NCBI GenBank assembly: GCA_038870975.1
Contig: JAVZJD010000001.1
Location: 128,001-192,000 of the forward strand
Direction of reading: 5' to 3'
Origin: Candidatus Bathyarchaeia archaeon
GTDB lineage: Archaea; Thermoproteota; CALKCG01; B24
DNA length: 64,000 bases
The position numbers and the translations under genes are program-made. Of this stretch, positions 57,767 through 64,000 are shown in pieces (position 1 is the stretch's first letter; each line of letters opens with the position of its first letter). The notes beneath the pieces were generated by a model. The model searched no databases. It had not been told where the DNA came from and was given only the letters and a program-made list of their open reading frames with translations.

Positions 57767-58162
57767 CTACTTGAGGGGAACGTACATGCTAGATCTCGAA
57801 GCACCTATACCTGGGCTCCCGTGTATAACGCGCTTATTCGTATATGCAAATTCTCCAAGTTTATGACCTATCATTTCAGGTATTATCTTAATTGGTGTAA
57901 ACTCCTTCCCATTATGTACAGCTATAGTAAGTCCAACCATTTCGGGAAGTATAACCATGTCTCTGCAATGCGTCTTAATGACTTTAGTAGACCCTGTTTT
58001 AGTGGCCTTCCTAACTTTTTCTAGTAGGGCACTCTGCTCTTTAGATAACCCTCTTAAAAGAGAACGTCTTGCTCTAGACGGCAAGAGCATTATGAATTTG
58101 TCTACGGGCATTTTCCTAAGTTCGTCGATTGTATAGCCCCTGTATGTAAATTCCTTTGGCAT
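57767..58162 (-). CDS. rps19: Ribosomal protein uS19
   Basis: [34 protein letters not shown]. Confidence 0.98.
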   Translation of the reverse strand: MPKEFTYRGYTIDELRKMPVDKFIMLLPSRARRSLLRGLSKEQSALLEKVRKATKTGSTKVIKTHCRDMVILPEMVGLTIAVHNGKEFTPIKIIPEMIGHKLGEFAYTNKRVIHGSPGIGASRSSMYVPLK

Positions 58163-58290
58163 TAAAACACCTAGATACCAGAAGATTAAGCATCAATAAA
58201 AGGTTTACTACTCACGTATCGTCTTCTATGAGAATCAAGGTTGGATGTGGAAGCGGGAAAGATAATCCCATATCTATTGAAATCTGTATT

Positions 58291-60051
58291 CTAAAGAAGC
58301 CCAAAGTTTCTAAGGAGTATTTCTTCGTTGTTTGGAGCTCTTATGAAAATAGGTACGTTTCTACGTTTTGTAGCCTTGTATGATACGAAAAGCCACTCAC
58401 CCACGTCTAATGTTGTAGTTTTCTCAAGCACGTCATAGCTCAAGGAAAACGCATCTGCGATTACCATACGGTCGTAAAACCTAGGAAGAGTGCTTACAAA
58501 GTAACTATGTAGTTGCTGTAGCGCATTAACGTTTAGATGAGCAACACGTTGAGTTGCAAGCCAACAATGGGCTCTATATTTACGTCCCTGTCTCAACAAC
58601 ATTTCAACCGTCCTATTTGAGTCCTCTGTTTTATCTTCGCTTCGAACTCTGTCAGGTATATACTCTTGTGCTTCATCTAAAACTATTAAAACGCGAGAAC
58701 CCAACCCACTTGTCTTCTTAAATAGAAGCAACCTATCTATGAATCTTGAAACGGCTATCCTTGCTTGCACAGGCTCAGGAACATAAACTATGGTAAGTTT
58801 TGGGGCACTCCCACTCCATATGTTAAAAGCAAGTTCTTCAGGTGTCGTTATGGTTCTCTCAAAGGTGGTATGATCGTATTCGACGAATTCCAGTATAGAC
58901 TCTAACTCTGTTCTTAATCCCGCTCTATCGGAAAGGCTTAACGCTAACTTTTTTAAGACATCTAAGAAAATATCACAAGCTTCTTTATCTGCAAGTATTT
59001 CTCTTAAGGGGATGTCCTCTCTTAAACCTTTATTTATAATCAGTAGATTGAGGAGAACACTATAAGCTCTTTTAGCGGCTATAGCACCCGATCTTCCAGA
59101 TTCAAAAGTATTTCTAAGAGAGTTAAGTATATCGTTTAATGTAAGTTCATAAGACTCGAAGATCGATAGAAGTTTTAAACGGTTTTCACTCATAAGCCTT
59201 TCATAGATGATCTCTATAAAACGGCTATCAATTCTCCCCTCAAGTGTTTCAGGTATAACCTGTGATTGTATGAGTCTTTCTAGATTCAATAAACTTCTCT
59301 CAGACACATAAAACTGGCCGTTTTGCAAGACGTCTAAGAAGTGAGTAGAGTATTCACCAGCGACGTCGAAAATGATTACTTTAAGGTCGGAGATAGATTC
59401 CATAGCTCTTCTAACGAGAAATGCAGTTAAGTTAGATTTGCCTACACCCGTGAAACCGAAAACACCCATGTGATATCTGACGAGGTTTACTATATTGATC
59501 TTTAAAGCTATGTTTAAACCTAACAGGAAGCCAACTTCAACACCATTATCATAACTTAGAAACATTTTAACAGCGTCTTCTGAAAGTAGATGTACATACG
59601 CTCCTGTGAGAGGAGATAAGGGGGATTTTACAAACTTCAATTCGCCGTTTTCCACGTCAAGTTTATACCCCGTAGGGACTGCGTATATGTCTATCCAAGC
59701 TTCTTCGCTTTTTCCCCATCCTTCTCTGACTTTATCCAGAAGCTCAAGCCTTATTACCTTAGGCACTGAAGAGTCTATACTAGGCATTTGGAAATGGGTG
59801 GCTTTTAAACCCACTATTTCATATATAAGATAGCTACGCCCTTCTGATGTTTCTCTCTCGATAGCTACAAAACACGGATTGTGAAGTTTATCAAAAACCT
59901 TATAGGAGAACTTCGCCTCTATGCTAGCCAATTGACTTGAGAGAGCTATTTCGCCTTCTCTAAGCCTAGTAGACCTTACAATAGTCTTAACATCTTTTAA
60001 TCTCGCTTCAAATGAGCCATCTATATCGTCGAATAATTTTAATCTATCCAA
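58291..60051 (-). CDS. HerA/FtsK-family ATPase (DNA translocase)
   Basis: N-terminal barrel-like region, HMGVFGFTGVGKS, IFDVAGEY, VLDEAQ, RQGRKY, ATQR. Confidence 0.88.
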   Translation of the reverse strand: MDRLKLFDDIDGSFEARLKDVKTIVRSTRLREGEIALSSQLASIEAKFSYKVFDKLHNPCFVAIERETSEGRSYLIYEIVGLKATHFQMPSIDSSVPKVIRLELLDKVREGWGKSEEAWIDIYAVPTGYKLDVENGELKFVKSPLSPLTGAYVHLLSEDAVKMFLSYDNGVEVGFLLGLNIALKINIVNLVRYHMGVFGFTGVGKSNLTAFLVRRAMESISDLKVIIFDVAGEYSTHFLDVLQNGQFYVSERSLLNLERLIQSQVIPETLEGRIDSRFIEIIYERLMSENRLKLLSIFESYELTLNDILNSLRNTFESGRSGAIAAKRAYSVLLNLLIINKGLREDIPLREILADKEACDIFLDVLKKLALSLSDRAGLRTELESILEFVEYDHTTFERTITTPEELAFNIWSGSAPKLTIVYVPEPVQARIAVSRFIDRLLLFKKTSGLGSRVLIVLDEAQEYIPDRVRSEDKTEDSNRTVEMLLRQGRKYRAHCWLATQRVAHLNVNALQQLHSYFVSTLPRFYDRMVIADAFSLSYDVLEKTTTLDVGEWLFVSYKATKRRNVPIFIRAPNNEEILLRNFGLL

Positions 60052-60103
60052 GTTCTACGGTTTAAAATGCACTTTACAAATCCATAAATCTTTCTAAGTT
60101 ACT

Positions 60104-61867
60104 TTAGCCACCAAGTCTCCGGCTTACTTCCAGTATTCTACGTAACTCTCGATAGCTTCTAAAGGTGAACAATCTTCTTCTGGAAGCAAGAGGGGCGAGT
60201 TCAAGTTCGGCTATTGTCCTTAGAGAGCCTTTCATAAATTCAACCTCAACTTTAACAGCTTTATCGGCTAAGTAGAGAAGCTGATTATATCCATAAGCTT
60301 CTAAGACTTCAGCATTATCCATAAGTGACAGCAAATAAAGTATCAAGTCGTCTAGAAAACTACGCTCTTGACCTTCAAAAAATGGTCTAATCGTTACAGT
60401 GCCTCCACCATCCCTAAGGTTAAAAGAGTCCCAAAGTTTATCAAACAATGGATTGAAAGGTCGATCATATAAGAAAACCAGGGAACGGACTGCATTATCA
60501 GCCTCAAGACTCCTAAGCTGGAAGTTTACTCTAACAAACAAAGCTTCTCTAGAGACGACTTTTCTAGCGGGTTTAAATCCTTCAACATTGGAAAAACTGA
60601 TAGTTGTAAAGCATGAGTCGTAGCAGATAGTCCTCCAAGGCGTTTTAATAAATTCATAGTTTAAAGAACTTAAAAGACCTAAGAAACGCCTATTGTTTCT
60701 TATAGATGGAACTGGCTGTTCAGTATTAATAAATCCTTTAAAACACATAAACGGAATTACAGACCTCACGATTTCAGAGGCTTCCGTATCTTTAGCTACA
60801 CCGACTAAGATAATGCGGTTAACCAACGCTCTACGTAAAAGCTCATAGAGTAAAAACAGATTTAGAAGATTTACATCATGAGAGGTCAGCCAGGATTCTC
60901 CGATCTTCAGAGGATAGTCAACACCTTTAAAGATTCTATTAGAAATCTTAATAGATGCCTCGTAGACCCTATCCCAATATCCTAAAACCTCATCTCTCAA
61001 TTTAAGTGTACCTTCAAGTTCGTCGATTATCTTAGACTTAAATGACTTTTCTCTAAGACGGATATGCTTTAAGATTTTCTCAAGCTTTGTTCTGTCTACG
61101 TTTAAAATTCTACACGCTTCTTCTTTAGAGAGTTCACATCTATCGAAAAGTGCTTTAATAAGAGCAAATTCTGCATATGGTTTTCTTGGAGGAACGTAAA
61201 AGCATCTGGGTCCAAGTATGCTAGCAATCCAAATATCTGCGAGTGATATTTTTCCTTTAGTTGTTTCCATAGATATTAATACAGAATCTCTAGAACTGAG
61301 GATTATTCTGGAAGATTTCAGAAGAGAAGGATAAGTTCCAGATAAAGGTCTATCCAGAAGCAGAAGTTTTACTGAAGAGTTTTCAGTGGACTTTAAAGCG
61401 AGAGAAAGCTCGGCCATGGTCATGATAGATATTGGTATAGCTTCAGCAACACGTTGGACTTCATATTCGAAGCTTATAGACATTCCATGTGAAACGTTTA
61501 ATAGGTCTTCTACCCAGAGCGGTATAGCTACTGATGCTGAAAGTTGCAGATCTCTAACTGCATTTTGGGTATCTACAGAAACCCTGTCTTGTCCAATGTA
61601 GAGGGGACACTTATAGCCTGTAGCATAAACGTAGAATAGTAGCAGATCCAAGTGTTCATCGAAATCCATAGAGCCATCTATACCTACTACTGTCCATTCA
61701 CCTTCCCCTATCAACTTCTTAGCGGTCTCCAAACACTCTCTGTAGTTTATACCCCGGAATATCTGCAGGAGACCTTTATGCGTTTTAAGAACTTTAACTC
61801 TATCCTCAAAGAGCTCTACCACTTGTTTTGTTTGAAACCTAAGCTTCTTTGAAGCCTCAGAACTCAT
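60104..61867 (-). CDS. Enlarged NurA-family nuclease
   Basis: GIDGS, AE, LLLDRPL, GVAKD, GYNQLL..AD. Directly upstream of the HerA ATPase. Confidence 0.75.
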   Translation of the reverse strand: MSSEASKKLRFQTKQVVELFEDRVKVLKTHKGLLQIFRGINYRECLETAKKLIGEGEWTVVGIDGSMDFDEHLDLLLFYVYATGYKCPLYIGQDRVSVDTQNAVRDLQLSASVAIPLWVEDLLNVSHGMSISFEYEVQRVAEAIPISIMTMAELSLALKSTENSSVKLLLLDRPLSGTYPSLLKSSRIILSSRDSVLISMETTKGKISLADIWIASILGPRCFYVPPRKPYAEFALIKALFDRCELSKEEACRILNVDRTKLEKILKHIRLREKSFKSKIIDELEGTLKLRDEVLGYWDRVYEASIKISNRIFKGVDYPLKIGESWLTSHDVNLLNLFLLYELLRRALVNRIILVGVAKDTEASEIVRSVIPFMCFKGFINTEQPVPSIRNNRRFLGLLSSLNYEFIKTPWRTICYDSCFTTISFSNVEGFKPARKVVSREALFVRVNFQLRSLEADNAVRSLVFLYDRPFNPLFDKLWDSFNLRDGGGTVTIRPFFEGQERSFLDDLILYLLSLMDNAEVLEAYGYNQLLYLADKAVKVEVEFMKGSLRTIAELELAPLASRRRLFTFRSYRELRRILEVSRRLGG

Positions 61868-61974
61868 TCTTCCAAAAATATGAAATACTCATAATCCTTA
61901 TAAAACGTTTGCCGAAAGCTATACCTTTGGATTAGTTACCAATGGTTTTTATAATCTCCGTTTATTGCAATCCC

Positions 61975-62072
61975 TCCATGTAATCTATTCGTATTTTCCA
62001 TGAAATTGCATTTTTTAAAAACATTGAATCTTGTTTTTTCAGAAATTTTAGACTTCTAACATTCCATGTAAT
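61975..62072. repeat. Three TCCATGWAAT direct repeats with 22-bp phasing
   Basis: Copies start at 61975, 61997 and 62063 (spacings 22 and 66) in an AT-rich intergenic region. Confidence 0.5.
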
Positions 62073-62180
62073 TTCTAATCTCATGCGACTAATTAAAAAG
62101 GTAGGCTTCGCATACAAACTTCTTTAACGGCGTAATAATCTACAAACTAAAAATACCAGTTAAAATTGTCCTTCTATAGA

Positions 62181-62939
62181 TTATTGAACAGGAGATTTAA
62201 TGGTTTTTCGAACTCTGGCCCCTCTTCCAGCCTTCTTAGCAGCTATAAGTCCAACTTTAGCACCTGGTGGAGCGGTTTTGCTAACCGTTGATGGTTTACC
62301 TGGGTGTTGATGTCTACCACCACCATGTGGATGGTAGACGGCTGCCATAGCGACCCCTCTAACAGTTGGATATTTACGTCCTCTAGCCCTCATTAACTTA
62401 AGCTTTGCACCAGCCTTTAAAAATGGTTTTTCAATTCTACCTCCTCCAGCAACTACACCAATTGTTGCTCTACACATCTCATCTAATACTACAGTTTTAC
62501 CTGATGGCATTTTTACTACAACGCCATTGGATGTGTGCGCTAAAATTACCCCATAACTTCCAGAAGCCCTCAGAAGTTTACCCCCATCGCCGGGGTTTTT
62601 CTCAACATTACATACTATAGCACCATCAGGAATATCTGACAGGAATAGGGTATTTCCAATTTTAAATGAAGCTTTAGGTCCCATTTCGATAACATCATTA
62701 ACACCTAAACCCTCGCACGCAACTACATGATAACGTAAGCTGTTTTCGAGTTCTATTAATGCTAATGGAACGCCTCTGCCAGAGTCGTGGAGAAGATCTA
62801 TAACAACACCCTTAATTGGGCCATTTTCAGGCAAGATCGTTAAAGGTGGATATTTAGAGGGTGAAATTCTCCTATGAGTGGGCGCTGTGAAAGTTTGCGA
62901 GCCTCTACCTCTCCTTTGAACGAGAAGCCTTTTACCCAT
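62181..62939 (-). CDS. rpl2: Ribosomal protein uL2
   Basis: MGKRLLVQRRGRG, VRGVAM, HPHGGG, PPGAKVGLIAA. Start moved to ATG 62939. Confidence 0.98.
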   Translation of the reverse strand: MGKRLLVQRRGRGSQTFTAPTHRRISPSKYPPLTILPENGPIKGVVIDLLHDSGRGVPLALIELENSLRYHVVACEGLGVNDVIEMGPKASFKIGNTLFLSDIPDGAIVCNVEKNPGDGGKLLRASGSYGVILAHTSNGVVVKMPSGKTVVLDEMCRATIGVVAGGGRIEKPFLKAGAKLKLMRARGRKYPTVRGVAMAAVYHPHGGGRHQHPGKPSTVSKTAPPGAKVGLIAAKKAGRGARVRKTIKSPVQ

Positions 62940-62952
62940 CTTGCAATCACCA

Positions 62953-63249
62953 CTAGAGTATTCCAAGTCTAACCGCTATGTCTGAGGCATTATACTCAGG
63001 GCTAAGTTTTATATATGCTTTTTTACGTCCATCAGGCATTATGACAGTTCTAACTTCAGATACTTTAACGTTAAAAAACCTTTCAAAGGCTTTTCTAATA
63101 TCATTTTTTGAAGCTTTAATGTTAACTATAAAAGTCAATTTATTCTGAGATTCAATCATATTTATAGCCTTTTCTGTCATAAGAGGATATAAAAGAATAT
63201 TAGATAACCATACATTTTCTGCAAATTTCATATCAATACTTTTACTCAT
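62953..63249 (-). CDS. rpl23: Ribosomal protein uL23
   Basis: P..TEKA, NKLTFIV, KKAYIKL. Confidence 0.97.
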   Translation of the reverse strand: MSKSIDMKFAENVWLSNILLYPLMTEKAINMIESQNKLTFIVNIKASKNDIRKAFERFFNVKVSEVRTVIMPDGRKKAYIKLSPEYNASDIAVRLGIL

Positions 63250-64000
63250 GACTTCACCTCTTCTTTCAATATGGACCTTAAAGCAACTATACTAGATCTA
63301 TCCCATATTGTAAGTCTACCAGGATTACCTCCAGGTGCTAAAAGCTCCACATTAATATTTTTAAGCTCAACTACGTCAACACCTGGAATATTTCTAGCAG
63401 ATAGCCCTATACCATTATCTTTAGCCACAATAAGCAGTGGTCCTTTACCGCCCTTATACCTTCTACCTCTCATTTTGCCTTTACCAGCTCTGATTTTACC
63501 TATGCTTTTCTTAACTCTTAAGACGTCATCCCAAATACCTAAACTTTTGAATAGATTGACAACATCTTTCGTCTTCTTTAAAGATTGAATATCATCTACT
63601 ACTACCAGTGGAAAGTATTTTACTTTTTCAATTCTATGTCCTCTAGCCTGAACGTATTCTTTAGATGCCGTAGCAGCTATTGCCGAATTTAACGCCAGAA
63701 GTTTCTCTTTCCTATTCACTTTCTTATAGATGTCTTTTTCAGGTGTAGGTGGATGTGTAACTCTACCACCTACAGCAAAAGGTACAAATGAAGCTCTACT
63801 GGTACCTTTAAGCCTTGGCACTCTTGAAAGACCCCTACCTACACCCAGGTATTCAACTACGTGTCGTTTACCTGCTAATTCATCTCTACCTTTTCTTTGA
63901 AGCCTGTGGGTTTGGAGCGCTACAACAACCTTACGTATTAAATCAGGGCGAATATCCACTGTAAAGGCTTCTGGAGTTTTCACTCTGCCAACAACTTTAC
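63246..64000 (-). CDS. rpl4: Ribosomal protein uL4 (5' end runs off the window)
   Basis: RPDLI, GRG.SRVPR, VGGR..HPP, RAGKGKMRGR, LAPGG.PGRL. The frame stays open to the window edge. Confidence 0.97.
   Translation of the reverse strand, partial: KVVGRVKTPEAFTVDIRPDLIRKVVVALQTHRLQRKGRDELAGKRHVVEYLGVGRGLSRVPRLKGTSRASFVPFAVGGRVTHPPTPEKDIYKKVNRKEKLLALNSAIAATASKEYVQARGHRIEKVKYFPLVVVDDIQSLKKTKDVVNLFKSLGIWDDVLRVKKSIGKIRAGKGKMRGRRYKGGKGPLLIVAKDNGIGLSARNIPGVDVVELKNINVELLAPGGNPGRLTIWDRSSIVALRSILKEEVKS

Noticed and set aside
61975-62072. Replication origin (mini-ORB) reading of the repeats
   Set aside because: The motif is about 2 nt shorter than TCCAnnnGAAAT, there are no G-strings, and no cdc6/orc1 is nearby.
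1-64000. CRISPR arrays, tRNA/rRNA genes, transposases, integrases, inteins
   Set aside because: None seen by eye. Common intein hosts such as the RNA polymerase subunits have normal lengths.

Overview
A 64 kb, gene-dense stretch of core archaeal chromosome, probably from a TACK lineage. The evidence is an unsplit Rpo2, a fused Rpo1 (A'+A''), an aIF-1A with an MGKRK-type N-terminus, LysY/LysJ-type arginine/lysine genes and frequent TTG starts. Bathyarchaeia or a relative is a guess that cannot be confirmed here. The window holds the RNA polymerase/str cluster, EF-1alpha, part of the S10 cluster, SRP RNA, all aromatic aminoacyl-tRNA synthetases, mevalonate-entry genes, repair genes and cofactor genes. 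I found no CRISPR array, tRNA, rRNA, transposase or intein. Best leads: (1) an aIF-1A gene missed by the ORF track that can only start at CTG, suggesting possible IF3/eIF1-style autoregulation; (2) two orphan structured elements between pheT and tyrS, inside a trpS-pheS-pheT-tyrS cluster; (3) a DUF35-HMG-CoA synthase fusion coupled to thiolase; (4) a polyprenol kinase-PAP2 phosphatase fusion; (5) a eukaryote-like OST3/6-DC2 oligosaccharyltransferase subunit; (6) an enlarged NurA plus HerA between rpl2 and rps19, preceded by phased repeats; (7) three decayed small ORFs between rps7 and tuf. All calls come from reading motifs by eye; no searches or folding programs were run.
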